DNA of 63,683 nucleotides, filler included, from Olpidium bornovanus S191 (taxonomy: Eukaryota > Fungi > Olpidiomycota): the NCBI GenBank assembly GCA_017911155.1. It is 28 parts of 28 records of this genome, joined end to end, with 100 filler letters (N's around TTAATTAATTAA, not from the genome) between each part and the next. Parts side by side here need not be neighbours in the genome. Positions count along the whole stretch, not along the records: positions 12,209 to 14,565 come from JAEFCI010012616.1; positions 14,666 to 15,904 come from JAEFCI010012248.1; positions 16,005 to 17,243 come from JAEFCI010012092.1; positions 17,344 to 21,666 come from JAEFCI010002884.1; positions 21,767 to 22,986 come from JAEFCI010005165.1; positions 23,087 to 26,422 come from JAEFCI010009855.1; 22 more parts are not named here. One strand, given 5' to 3'. The stretch's first letter is position 1; each line of letters begins with the position of its first letter. Shown in pieces: positions 12,209 through 24,869 of the stretch. Position numbers and translations under genes: made by a program. Under the pieces are notes generated by a model. The model was not told where the DNA came from, searched no databases, and saw only the letters and a list, made by a program, of their open reading frames with translations.

Positions 12209-14290
12209 CATGATGACACCCTTCGGGCTCCTGCGGATGGCGGTCGTGCCGCAAGGAGGTACGAATTCGGTTGGCCACGTGGTAAAGGCATTTAACGCAT
12301 TATTCGAAGAATTTGTCCCGGGAATACTCCAGCCATTCATCGATGACGTGCCAATGAAAGGCGCCGTGGCGGGGCATAAGGAGACCACCGAAGCCAGGCC
12401 GGGCGTTCGCGCGTTCATCGCGGACCATATTGCGGATGTCGAGCGGGTTTTGCAATGGGCCGAAGAAATTGGACTAACGTTCTCTGGAGCCAAATCTCAG
12501 TTCGGGGTGCGTGAGATCCCGTTGCTGGGGTTCTGGTGTGGGCCTTACGGAAAACAAGTGGAGGAAGGGAAGGCACGGGGCCTCCCAAGTGATTGGGGCG
12601 TGCAAAACGGTGAAGAAAGTGCGCCGTTTCCTTGGGGCCATGGGTGTCTACCGTGGTTTCATCCCGCATTACGGGGAAACTGCCGCGCCGCTGTAAGCCT
12701 TACTCCGCAAAGGGGCGACCTGAGCGTGGACGGCTGAATGCAACGCTGTGATGGAAGAGCTAAAGGAGGCGTTGATGGCGGCCCTGACACTGAAGGAGTT
12801 GGATTATGGCTCGGACGCAGAGCAAATCTTTTTTACGGTGGACACGGGGCTGAATGCAGCGAGTTGGGTGCTTTCGCAAGGGGGCGATGGGAACAGCCGG
12901 CCGGCGCGGTTCGGGGCGAAGACTTTCAATGAAGCGCAGCTGGCTTACGGCCAAATGAAGAGGAAGCTTTACGCGTTGTGGTCGGCGCTCCGAGAGGAGC
13001 GCCGGTATGTGTTCGGTGCTGACGTTATCCTCAGGACCGATTGCAGAACCCTCGTAAGTATGCTTGCAAATTGTGACACTGCGGACGCCTCCGGCCGCCG
13101 ACGGCTGGCGGGCATCAAGGAGTACGGCTTCGAGATCGTGCACATACGCAGGGAGGATAATCAGGTAGCAGATATGCTCAGCTGAACCTGCTTCGGCACA
13201 TGCGAAGGCGCTTCGGACGACGGAAACTGGCAGTGTGCATTGATGGGGGTGTCGACAAAGCTTCTGACGTCGTGTGTGGGGAGTCCAGCAGCGGGAGAGA
13301 CCTCCGGCGGCGAGCAAAATGACCGGATTTTTCGTGCGGAGGATTACGAGCCCGCCTTGAGGCAAATCAGGGAGTTTCTGCCTGCAGCGGGAAGCCGACT
13401 GCCGACCCGGGCGCCAAAAAAGGCGAACCGGTACTTTTTGGAGGGCGGCCATTTATGGAGGAAGCTGGGACTGCGGTCGGATGCGCCACAACGTGTGGTC
13501 GGGCGACAGGACGAACGAATAGCGGTGCTAGCCGGCGTCCACGATCATCTCGCTAGTGGTTATTTCGGCATCGAGAGGACGTATCAAAAGGCCAGGGAGC
13601 GGTACTATTGGCCCGGCCTTCGCCATGATGTGGAATCCTACGTGAAGGGGTGTCCCACCTGCCAAGGATACTCAAAAATCCGGTACCATGAGAAATTGCG
13701 GCCCTCATTTCCGCCTACGATTCACCTCGAGTGGTATGTGGACTTAGTCGAGCTCCCTCGTTGTCGTGGCTTTTGTTATGCCGTATTGGCATACGAGGGC
13801 CTGTCAAATTACGTTGAGGGGCGTCCGTTGCGTTCCAAACATACAGCTAGTGTGAGTCGGTTTATCCTGGAAGACATCGGGTGCCGTTATGGCCCCTGCA
13901 TCCGCATACGCACGTCGATCAAGGGGAATTGCGCCCCCTGACCGTACGGGATTATTTTCGCCGCTACGGAGTCGACATCAACTGATCGTTGCCTATAATC
14001 TGGAGGCAAACGGGAAGGTGGAAAGGAGACACTAGACCTTGGTAAGTGTACTCGTCAAAGCGACGGAGTTCCGCGCTACCCAGTTGTGGATCTTTTTCCT
14101 TTCGTATTGTGGGCAAATTGGACGACGGCGCATCATACGACAGGGTTTGGGCCCATTGAATTGATGCTGGGAGCCTGACCAATTTTGCCGATGGAAGACG
14201 CGGTCACTAGCTGGACGGTCTTGCCGCGGAGGGACGGAATGTCACGGGCGGAGCTTCTGCAGGTGCGCTTGCGTCAGTTGCAACGGTTGG
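12209..14290 (+). mobile_element. Degenerate Ty3/gypsy pol (RT-RNase H-integrase)
   Basis: RT with PQGGTNS and FIDD; RNase H with VDTG...LRTDCRTL...NQVADMLS; integrase zinc finger HDH...HFG-like...CPTC; integrase core VDLV...YEGLSNYVEG. Frameshifts and nonsense codons are present. Confidence 0.93.
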
Positions 14291-14665
14291 CTACAAGCTT
14301 CTCTTGAGTTGCACCCGTCAAAGACTGGGAGCCTGCGGCTAGAGCTGCGGATTGGCGGGAGTACCGCTCTTTAAACCAGTTATCAAAAACCTTCCTTTGT
14401 TCAGGCATCAACAAAGCAGGCATAACGGCAAGCTCTAATGACAACATGAATTAAAAAAAAAAAAAAGAAATAAAGCTTTCAGTAAGGAGGCGCGTCGTGG
14501 GTGCGGTTCAAGGAACTATGGACGAAGGCAAAGCTTACCGGGTCGGCTGCCAAGCGACGAGCTGCNNNNNNNNNNNNNNNNNNNNNNNNNNNNNNNNNNN
14601 NNNNNNNNNTTAATTAATTAANNNNNNNNNNNNNNNNNNNNNNNNNNNNNNNNNNNNNNNNNNNN

Positions 14666-14755
<90 letters not shown>

Positions 14756-17104
14756 ACATTTTTCCCTCCTCTCCCGTCCTCCTTCCCTTCCCACCCCCTT
14801 ATCACCCTAGCCCCCCGCCCCCTTCCGGCCTACAAGCACCCGCGGAACGGGCAGCTGCATCGCTAGTCCGCGGTGATCCACGACCCGCGGGACAAAGGGA
14901 GAGGGGAGGGGGTGCGGGGACTGAAAAAGGAGGAGGTGGCGTGCGCGCCAACGGCACACTTCTTCGTCGGCGAACGCCTGCCAGGGTACGCGAGGCGCCG
15001 AGTGCAGGGGGGTGGGCGGCGGGGGGAAGGAGGGCGGCGCTGGCGCCGCGCCCCCGAGTCGCTTGTGATGGATCTCTCTCTCTCGCTCTCTTTTCCATCC
15101 CCCCTTTTTCTCTATTTTTCTTTTTCTCTCTCTCTCTCTTTCGCTCTCTCTTTTGCGCTCTGGTTGCTCACTAGGTTGCTTTTCGACGGTTCCAGGCCAT
15201 TCGACTTGTGGAGATCATCCGATGCGCTGACCAGAAGACGGTTTATCTCTGAAGCAATCGCCTGCCTCCGCTGCACTGTCGGACTTCCTCCGTTCCACCC
15301 GGAGATAGAGCCGGCGGTTTTCCCCGACAGCTGTTGCGGCCCTTCTTCTTTTTCTTCTTCGCCCTCGGCGAACAGCGAGGAAGAACAGGAACCTGATATA
15401 TTCCGCTGGAGCCTGCACATTATTGCCTGAGCGACGCCGGTACGCGTGAAAAGTTGCAGAGAGGAGGAGGACGAGGACGAGGAGGCCGCGGCGCGTGACC
15501 GTTTCCTCGGGCCCCGGATATTTTTCCTGCGGGACGCCGGGGACGGTGATGATATCCGGTTCCGGCGGCGTTGCCGGGGGGGAGCCGCGTAACGCTGGCA
15601 TCGTCCCCTACACCCATCCCCCATTCAATATCTCGAATTTGGCCCAGGCGGGCGACGCGTCCGATCATGTGGTCCCGCTGCCGCGGGCCCCGCAGTTCGC
15701 GCACCTTGCCCCGACGAGGAGCCAGGGTCCGCTTCCGTACGCGGATTTTCGAGGGATGGGTATGGTGGCACACGGCCCGACGGCCGCGTTTTCTTCTTCC
15801 CTGCCGTCGTCTGCGCCGGCCGCCCACAAACTGGTGGGGAAAGGTGCGTGGACGTTCGCGGCGCGGACCGGGCGGGCTGGCGCCCCGGTACGTCCATCGG
15901 CTGCNNNNNNNNNNNNNNNNNNNNNNNNNNNNNNNNNNNNNNNNNNNNTTAATTAATTAANNNNNNNNNNNNNNNNNNNNNNNNNNNNNNNNNNNNNNNN
16001 NNNNCTGCGGGCCCCGGCCTTTTTTCGTTTTTTTTTTTTTTCTCTCTCTCTCTCTTGCACTCTTTCTCTCTCTCTCTCTCCCTCTTTCTCTCTCTCGCTG
16101 TTTGCCTCTCTGCTCATTGCTGGACCACTCTGCCACTCTCGGCTTCGACTAACGTGCTCCCCCGCTTTATTTGAGTTGGCCCGGCCGTCTCCTTTCCCCC
16201 CCCCCCCCTTTTCAATTGTTTTTGCCCTTGAGATGCCCGTGGTGAGAAAAGGGGATGGATCTCTCGCGCGTGCGAAAGATTTTGATGGGACGGGAAACAA
16301 AAAAACAAGAAAAAAAAACCCCCCGCGCACGGGTTTCGCGTGCGGGAAGCAGAGGAAGGGAAAGCAGGCAGAGGCGGAGCCGATCCTTTCCCCTCCCATT
16401 TGCCCGCTCGGAAAGCGTACACGTCAAAAAACAAGTTATTCTCATTTTCGTCTTCTGACGATGACACACTGGAGCATCCAGGTGGAATGCGGTTTCCCAT
16501 ACGCGGGATGCCCTGACATGCACGACCAGCAAAGATAAACATTCGTCAACAAAACTGTTTCTCCGCAAAAACACCTTCGGCCACTACGTCAGAGACGCGG
16601 AAGGACGACTATGTGGACACGCAAAGATCCAACTTGGAGGGGGAGGCGAGAAAGATTGCCGGCCGCATAGTTGCGTTGGCAAATCGTGCGTGTGTGTGTG
16701 TGGGGGGGGGTAGGGGTTCGAGAGGAACAAACGTTTCCCCTTTCCCCTCCCTCATCCGCAGCACGCTCTCGTTCCGGAGAATTTTTTTAATCATGTGGCC
16801 CGACCATATAGTCCCGACGCAGATCATCGGAGAGACGGCGCCCCCCCCCCCCCTCCCTCCGACGCGCGGGGGGAGGAAGAGGAAGTTCGTTTCTCTCCTC
16901 CGGTCGGGGTGGAAAGCGGGCCTCTTTTCTTCCTCTTGGTCTGCCCCGGCTCTGGCCGCCGCCGCTGGCGTTCAGTCCTTGCTCCCTCCCAGCCGCCGTA
17001 AGAAGAAAAAAACCCTTCTTTTTCTCCCGGTGCGGCGGCGTCGGGGGAAGCGCGCCAGCGCGCGGGTTTCCGGCAGGAGGCACGACCGACTTGATTCTTT
17101 GCGG

Positions 17105-17142
<38 letters not shown>

Positions 17143-17343
17143 GCCCTTTTGTTGGGGCCAAGGGGGGGCCCGCGGAAGATTTGCTTTCCACCCCTTCGCC
17201 AGGGCAAACTCTTTCGTATTCCTCCGCCACGTATTTGTAGCCANNNNNNNNNNNNNNNNNNNNNNNNNNNNNNNNNNNNNNNNNNNNTTAATTAATTAAN
17301 NNNNNNNNNNNNNNNNNNNNNNNNNNNNNNNNNNNNNNNNNNN

Positions 17344-17958
17344 CATGACCATATGGCTCTTTGAAACGCGAACAACGAAGTGGTCGATGGCGCCCTTCCC
17401 TTTGCCCATACGGGCACCCATTGACTTCTTCGTCCGGGGCACGTTCGCGAAAACCCGCATGAAAATGTGTGCCTGCCTGTTGCCCCTGAGAACGCGTTTG
17501 GCCTTCTCTTTCGCAGCGTCGAGTTGGAACTGCGTGTAAATGACCCCCGTGTCGGCCGCAATGCCGTAGGGTGCAAAGCGGAGCCGCGTGCCCTTCAGGC
17601 TGCCGCCGAGGGAAATCGGAATGCGGCCCTTCATCTGCCTCCGAAGGGGCAGCTGGGGGAGAGGCCATTCGATATACGCTTGCTTCCCGTCCAAGCTGTA
17701 CAGGCTTGGGATGAGTGACCGCGTGACGAACCAACTATGGTTCTTCTTCGCGTTCTGCCTCGTCGCCGCCGCGCCACCCTTGGACGACGCCTGAGCACAG
17801 GCGGACGCGTGCAGTGGCCTGCGCTGGGCCGAAACAACACCCGGCCGCCGCACGGTGGAGACTCCCGCCGGCGCGGCTGTGACGGCCCCTGCCGCCGTCC
17901 TCATATTTCCACCGGCCGGAGAGGCACGGGTGGCGGCCCTATACGCGTTACGCAGCAT
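17344..17958 (-). CDS. MRPL16: Mitochondrial ribosomal protein uL16m, 3' truncated
   Basis: An Arg/Ala-rich presequence precedes KGRIPISLGGSLKGTRLRF and MRVFANVPRTKKSMGARMGKGKGAIDHFVVRV. Confidence 0.92.
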
Positions 17959-18739
17959 CGGCTTCCTCTTCTCTCCAGCCACTGGCTTCTTCTTTGGGCG
18001 ACGTTGCTGCACTCGGCACGCTTGGCGCGCACCCAGACAGGAGGACGGTTTCGTCAACAATCAACGTCCGACAGGCAAGCAAACGACAAACTGTCCAGAC
18101 TTGAGGAGCGTTACCTTTAGTCACGACAGTCCGTTGCCAGGCAATAGGCTCCAAATTTCCCGGCGGAGGTTGGGGACGAGTGCAGCTGACTGCGGCGGGC
18201 CGTTTTGCAGACCGTGGGGCGTGGGGGGTTGGTTGGTTGGGGAGGAAGAGCATGGAGGGGGCTTTGCGCACTAAGGGCAATTGGCACTCCCGGGTGCCAT
18301 GAAAGGAGTGTAACAATTGGCACCGCATATCCTCCTGACCTCTTTCAGGCCTTAATTTGCTCACAGCTTCGAAATTGCATGTCGTTCCGGGCAACCAACA
18401 TGCTAAAAATAAGCGTGCTCTACGCAATAAAGGACAGGTGGGACCTTCCCAAAACGGTATCTTGCAGCCGAGCCCGTGCCAAAGCACGCATCTGACACTC
18501 CGTGCCTCCCGTGGGGCGGCCGTCCGTAGCAACGCCCGCGACAACTGCAACTTAGACGGCGACGGCGCCGCCGCGATGTCTTTAAGGATTCTCCGTCATC
18601 GAGCGTTACCGTCCTACGGCGAGCATCCCTTCACGCCGCGACAGGTTGCCCTCGCGCGAGCGTTCCGGCAGCCGTTAGAGTGTCGCCCCCTCCCCCCTTC
18701 TTTTTCTCGGCATAAATCCAAATGACCTGGAGCAAGAAA

Positions 18740-19880
18740 CAAGGATGACGGCACACCTCTTCCTTTGTGGACCTCCACCAGACCAATATAGCAAATCAAG
18801 CAGCTCCTAAGCGACATGGCCAACTATGACGGCAACATCTTACGTTGCTGGTCGCTCCAATCACCACCAACATCCTTTTTAGGCCTTGAATGGCTCCGTA
18901 AATGGAACCCTACAATTGACTGGCGACGCGGGACGTTAACCATCAATGGTCACACACTCAGCACCAAACAAAAACACAGGCACCAGATGCCAGCGCTGCG
19001 CATCGGCACCTGCCGAACTCCGCCAAAGGAAAGTCAAGGCGTCATATTCGTCAGCGAGAAGCGACTGATGAAGGACACGCGAGTGGGGATATGCTTCCGC
19101 GTCACGGAGGATCCCTCGATCGAGGGAAAAACAGTGCTGTGGCACGGCCCTCGAACCGCCTGTCGACCGACGCCACGGAAGGCGGGCGGCGAGTGAAGGA
19201 CAGCAGGCGAAGGACAGCGGGCGAAGGGCAAAGGGCGAGAGGCGGGCGAAGGGCGGAGGTGGCGTCGGGATCGAAGGCAGGACGGCCCCCGAACCCGGGG
19301 GCCAACCAATAGAATAGTCCCCCTCGAAGCCCGCCAATCGAAGAGCGCTTCCCCCTCTTCCCCCCTCGAAGCCCACCAATCGAAGAGCGCTTCCCCCTCT
19401 TCCCCCCTCGAAGCCCACCAATCGAAGAGCTTTCCCCTTTGCCCCTTTCCCCCCCAGCGCCACACGCAGGAACCCCCGCCAACCATAACCCCACCGACTG
19501 CCCCCGCACCCCACCGCACGCAAGAGCTCGAAGCCCCGCGTGGTGACCGCGCGGGAAGGGACCTGACACACCGCGTCGACGGACGCGACGTCGAAGAACG
19601 GCTTTGCCGTCGAACTGCCATTCGCTCGACATCAACGAGCATAAATAGCGCCCCTCCCGCTCCGTAGCTCGACTTTGTAGAACCGACAACCTTCCCGTTC
19701 GACTGCACTGTCAGCCCTCGTCACCATACCTGTAGCACCGTCTCAGACCTGACGAGGAAGAGGTATAACGCTGTGAACCTTGCTGCAGTACAAAAACGGA
19801 CATCCCACGCATAAAGGATCAAGATCACCTTTTTCAGGACGTCCTTTCACGATATGCGGATGTCGCGCTTTTGGGGAAAT
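18740..19880 (+). mobile_element. Old Ty3/gypsy protease/linker remnant, split by a solo LTR at 19133-19792
   Basis: LGLEWLRKWNPTIDWRRGTLTI marks the end of a gypsy protease. After removing the insertion the frame continues DQDHLFQDVLSRYADV, typical of the linker before RT. Confidence 0.75.
19133..19792 (+). mobile_element. Solo LTR, family A (660 bp) with 5-bp TSD AAAAC
   Basis: Ends are AGTGCTGT...GCAGTACA (the sister copy starts TGTGCTGT). AAAAC lies at 19128-19132 and 19793-19797. There is an internal 42-bp unit x3 (about 19320-19435) and a TATA-like CATAAATA near 19640. Confidence 0.85.
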
Positions 19881-20467
19881 AGGTTAGCAGTTGAGGACAG
19901 GCGGCACCGGGCCTTGTGGAAAGTCGTTGTTCCAGCTCTTGCACTAGAAACTCCAAAACCCAGCCTCTGAATTCCAGTTCTCGCGAGCGTTCTCTCCGTC
20001 TCCCTTTCTTTTTTCCTCTCCTACTCGCTCTGGGGCTCGTTCGCTCTATGACTCTAACGCTACTCGAGGACATATTCGTTCTATTCTGGGAGAATTTTTG
20101 CCATGCGTGGGCGTTCGGGGGAGGGGGGGGGTCTTTCTAGAAATTTTTGGAGGGCGGAGCAGAAGAAGGAAATTCTTTGGGGGGGGGGGGAACCATACGC
20201 GTCTCGGGTCACAACGCGTAATCCTTCTTCTTCCGCAGCCTCGCGTTCAGCCCAATCTTTTATCAGTAGTCGCCTTGAGTTTCTCGCTTCACAACAGCCG
20301 CCCCCCCCGGACTGACGAGCTTGTTTCGGCTGTCACGGTATGTCACATGGCTGACAGCTCTTTTGGTTTTTAACGAGTCGAATTTGGCTCCACTAACGCC
20401 CCTCGCCCCACGCCGTTACCACACCGCACTTCAGTTTCCCGCGCGTCTACCCGTCCACCCAGCCACG

Positions 20468-21569
20468 ATGTCGTCCTCTGCGTCCGCTGCTCCTGCGTCC
20501 GCCCCGGTCCCGTTCGCCCGGAGACGTCTCGACGCCAACACCCGTCGGATCTACACGGCCTTCTGGGCGCACCGGTTGCGCGATTCCCGCAGTTTGCTTG
20601 CTGCCGCGGCTGCGTGTGTCGTCGATCGGCCAACACCGGAACGTCAATGCATTTTACGTGGACGCATGATTCACTTTATTCATTACGCGTGGAGGTTTCG
20701 CGCCGTCCACGAGGACGGAAGCACCAAAGCATGCATTGCCCTTCTCCAGTTAGTCCCGATCCTTCCTTCGTAATGTAACCCCACTTTGGCAAATAACCTC
20801 GCGTTTGATTCCTTGCAGACTTCGCCGTTCCATGATCGAGGCGTTCCTTCAGGTCATGAATTGGCCAGCCACATTTTGGCTGCGCGCGGATCCCCGTGAC
20901 CTGGAATTCCTGTTCCTGCCATCAGACATGCAATACTGTGGTCCTGGTGGCCCTCAGGATCGCGACTATGATCCGCGTCCGGCCCCCGTCGCCGATGACA
21001 GTTATATTCAAGTCCGCGTTCTCATGCGCCCGGTTTCCCCGCCACAACCAGACGCCGAACTCCCCGACGATGCCCCGGCAGCCATCTCTCCCCCCGCTCG
21101 GAATTCCTGGTTCCCCAAGCTCCGCCAAAGTGCCGAGTCCTATAATTTCCTTTGGCGGCTCGCTGTCGCACGGGAGGATCCTCCTATTGACATGTCCCGG
21201 GTTGATCAGGGTCTAACCCGTTCACAAAACTTCCTCTTCTCAGACGTTTGGCGAGACATTTTGCGCGACGACGACGACAATCCTGAGGGAGGTGGCGGAA
21301 CCGAGAGTGCCCCTCCTCCTACGGACCGCGTCACACGGTCACAGACTCGCGCCAGTCACTCCCCCGCGTCTGCAACCAGAAGTGCCGTCGTTCCGCCAGT
21401 TTCCGGTTCCTCCTCCGCCTCCTCAACAACCCGCCGGATCGCTTCTGCCACCGCCCCCAGCGGGCTTCGTTCCACGCGGTCGCGGACAACCGGCTCTGTC
21501 ATTCTTTCGTCGTCGGGTTCCACGTCATCGGCTTCCGCACCCACAATCTCCACCAAGCCATTGTCATAA
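20468..21569 (+). CDS. Orphan two-exon gene, about 343 aa (exons 20468-20748 and 20819-21569)
   Basis: A 70-nt GTTAGT...TTGCAG intron joins two ORFs in frame (ALLQ|LRRSMIEAF). The C-terminus is Ser/Thr/Ala-rich. No family recognised. Confidence 0.6.
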
Positions 21570-22262
21570 TTAAGAAGAAGAAGTCGCCATTGCCTGCAGC
21601 CCAACGCAAGCAGCGCTTTTGCGCCAGGCGGCGTTTTTCCGCCGGCGCCGGGCGGCGTTTTGCGCCNNNNNNNNNNNNNNNNNNNNNNNNNNNNNNNNNN
21701 NNNNNNNNNNTTAATTAATTAANNNNNNNNNNNNNNNNNNNNNNNNNNNNNNNNNNNNNNNNNNNNGAGAAATTTCGCGCCTTCCCCCAACTCACAACCG
21801 CCAATTTGTCGCAAACACACAAAAAACAACGACTTTCCCGAAACGGAGAATTTGATTATTTTTATTCTGCCGCTTTTTGGCGCCATGTCGGGATTGAACG
21901 TACAGTAGAACCTTTTCTGCTTCTAATCCCTCTTTAACCCCTCTCGTCTGGCCAGTTGCTGTTTTTGCCGCACCCAGCGTGAGACTGGGCCAAAATATCA
22001 AGAACCTTTACTAAGCACGCCCACCACGTCAAGTGTCCTCAGTCAAAAGCTTACTCGTCCGCGCTTTCGTCGTGAAAATTCCAGGATGTTTGCCAGCGCC
22101 GCCGGCGCGCAACAAACGGGGAGGACGAAAGATCCACCTCGAATCGGGCGGTCGTTGCCCATTTTACGCAACCCTCCAACTCCCCCTTTGGCAGGAAAGA
22201 TCCCGAAACACCCTCCCTCCCCGCCGCCCCCCACCCGCCTTTTGTTTTGTTTTCTTCCTTTT

Positions 22263-22883
22263 TTACGCCGCGGCGCCGCCTTCGTCCTCCTCGACCTCGT
22301 CACGTATGATGGGCCGCCCGTCGAGCTTTTTCAACCCGGGCAGCTTTTTGGTAATCTCGTCCCTCCAGTTGCCGTCGGCGGTGCACTTTTCCTCCAGCGG
22401 GTTGCCGGTCAGCAACACCTCCTCGAGCACGGGCAACTCCTTGAGCGGCAGCACCCCTTCCCAGGCCTTGATCTTATTGTTGCTGGCGTAGAGCACCCGC
22501 AGCTTCTTGCAGCACTCGATGCCGTTCAGGCGCTCCACCAAGTTGTAGGAAATCCACAGCTCCTCCAGCGTGTCTGCCACCGCATCAAGCCCCTCAATCT
22601 TCTTGATGCAGTTGCGGCCCAGGGAAAGGATTTTCAAGCAGGCTGACATGTCCCCCGGGCAGGAGGGGGGGGGGGCGGAGGGGGGGGGAAGGAAGCGGGA
22701 AGCGGGCAGGTGGCATTAAATCCGTTGTTGCTGAGATGACCAGAGGCACCGGCACAGAAAAGCGCCGGCATCGCGCCTGCTGAGCGCTCAGGCAGTACCA
22801 TAGGGAAAAGCCAAAAAAAAAACTCACAAAGCCCTTGCAGTCCGGCGATTTTCTCGATCTGGTTTGTCGAAATATTCAGGTGC
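22263..22883 (-). CDS. DNAL1: Axonemal dynein light chain 1 (LC1, leucine-rich repeat), 5' truncated; exons 22883-22828 and 22642-22263
   Basis: [60 protein letters not shown] and LKKLDG match LC1. Confidence 0.93.
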
Positions 22884-23269
22884 CTATTTTATTTTATTTT
22901 TTTTAATTTTTTTTTTTTAGTTTTGTTGTTGGATAAATCGCACACACATGTTTATTTTCTGCCATCCGGGTCGTTTCTCCCCCTCCNNNNNNNNNNNNNN
23001 NNNNNNNNNNNNNNNNNNNNNNNNNNNNNNTTAATTAATTAANNNNNNNNNNNNNNNNNNNNNNNNNNNNNNNNNNNNNNNNNNNNGGTGCCTCCTCCTG
23101 TAAGGCGGCCGGTTGAGAAAATAGCGCCTGTGCCTCTGCCTGCCTTGTTGGCGGTATCTCCGTCGTCCATCGGCATGGTCCGGGGGGACTGCTCTCAACC
23201 CGGGCTTGCCGATCTTTTCCCTTTGTCGATCGCGTCGACCGAAGTAATGCCAGACCGTCGGTGAGCGAA

Positions 23270-23612
23270 GGTGGCGGCGGGAAAGCGCAGCGGCGGATGC
23301 GAACAGCGGCGAAAAAGATGCGGCGGCGGCGGCGAGGGGGACAGACGCGCAGCGGCGGATGCGCAGGTGAGCGCGGCAGATGCGCTGTGGCAGGTGCGCA
23401 GCGGCGACGGTGAGCGCAGCGGCGGATGCGCCGCGGCGGATGACGGCGGTGAGCGGCCGGCGAAGAGCGCAGTGGCGGCGGTGAGCGCAGCGGCGGATGC
23501 GCTGTGGCGGGTGCGCAGCGGCAACGGTGAGCGGCGGCGGATGACGGCGGCGAGCGGCGGTTGCGGGAGGAGGGAGGGGGGTGACGGAGGGAGCGCCGGT
23601 GAGCGGCGACGT
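23270..23612. repeat. GC-rich degenerate minisatellite (GTGAGCGCAGCGGCGGATG-type units)
   Basis: Imperfect tandem units. Some are reverse complements of motifs in LTR family B. Confidence 0.7.
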
Positions 23613-23949
23613 GTCAGAGTCCCTTTGGGCTCATAACCTGTTGGTTTTTTTGTGTTTCGCCGCGGTGGCGGTATATTCAGAAGAGAGAGAGAACGCGTAA
23701 AGTACAGCGTATAACATTGTGGGGTTCCAACTAACCGCCCGGGATTCAAACGAGAAAAAGGAAATAAAACTATATAATACATGTTTAGCAACGCATTGCG
23801 CGTGCACACAAGACTCAACACATAACCTGTTGAGAGATTTTGGTTTCGAGTGCGTGTGAACGCGTTATATTATGGAGCTAACCGCCCCGTGTCAAAAGGA
23901 GGTAAAGCAGGAAGAAGAAAATGAGGCAGGAAGGAAGACATAATTTAAC

Positions 23950-24256
23950 ACTTCCGGACTTCAGCCGGAAATTTAAGTTCACCGTCCAGACAGACGCGAG
24001 TGACCATGGACTCGGAGCCGTGCTGTGCCAAGAAGATGAGGATGGCAAGCTGCATCCTGTAGCGTTCGCTAGCTGACGCTTGACTCCAGCAGAGTTGAGG
24101 TACCATATGCAGGAAGAAAAAGCATTAGCCATCATATGGGCGTGCGAAAAGTTCCGTCCGTATGTGATGGGCGACCTTTGACGTTGAGACCAACCATGGC
24201 TCGCTCAAATGGTTATTAGGAACACGAAAAGGGTGATTAGCCAGGTGGGCAATGAG
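23950..24256 (+). mobile_element. Ty3/gypsy RNase H remnant (absent from the ORF track)
   Basis: Translation LPDFSRKFKFTVQTDASDHGLGAVLCQ...HPVAFAS*RLTPAELRY...EKALAIIWACEKFRPY...(frameshift)ETNHGSLKWL...*LARWAM. Confidence 0.9.
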
Positions 24257-24275
24257 TGTTATAGTAGACGCATAA

Positions 24276-24715
24276 TGTGATCACGTGACCGCCCTCCGTA
24301 CATAACCACACACCGCTCTCCCCCTTCCTCCCCCCCGCCGTCTCCAAAACAAACTAAAACGCGAACTCCCGCCCGTCGTTACATGGTAGCAACGCCCGTC
24401 TCTATCTAGGGCCGCCGCCGCCATCCGCCGTCCGCCATCTGCCATCCATCATCCGCCGTCTGCCCTCCGCCGTCTGCCGTCCGCCATCCGCCGTCTGCCC
24501 TCCGCCGTCCGCCGTCTACCATCCGCCATCCGCCGTCTGCCCTCCGCCGTCCGCCGTCTGCTATCCGCCATCCGCCGTCTGCCCTCCGCCGTCGGCCGTC
24601 TGCCATCCGCCATCCGCCGTCGGCCGTCCGCCATCCACCGCTTCCCGACCGCCGCCGCCGCTTTTCCCGCTGCCGCCGCTTTTCCCGCCGCCGCCGCTTT
24701 TTCCGCCGCCGCCGC
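24276..24715 (-). mobile_element. LTR family B, partial copy, containing a GCCATCC/GCCGTCC heptamer array
   Basis: Shares the terminus TGTGATCACGTGACC and colinear sequence with 61153-61560. Confidence 0.72.
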
Positions 24716-24869
24716 TGTCGGAGGGCAATGTGCCCTCCCTTGGCTGCCCCCTCCCCCCCCCGTTTTGCACTCCCCCCCCCCGTAAAATAGCCCGACTTGC
24801 GCATAATCCGCACCCCCCCTAGCGACTTGCAACCGTCGAATAGCAAAATAAACAAAACCATACCGCTTG

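Noticed and set aside
14666-14755. Very long poly-C, and poly-G at about 40162-40227 and 41489-41542, as functional G-quadruplex arrays
   Set aside because: All lie at contig ends, which is typical of two-colour sequencing dark-cycle artefacts.
14756-17243. Long ORFs on the two contigs at 14666-15904 and 16005-17243
   Set aside because: Low-complexity or repeat-driven translations with no recognisable domain and no consistent splice model.
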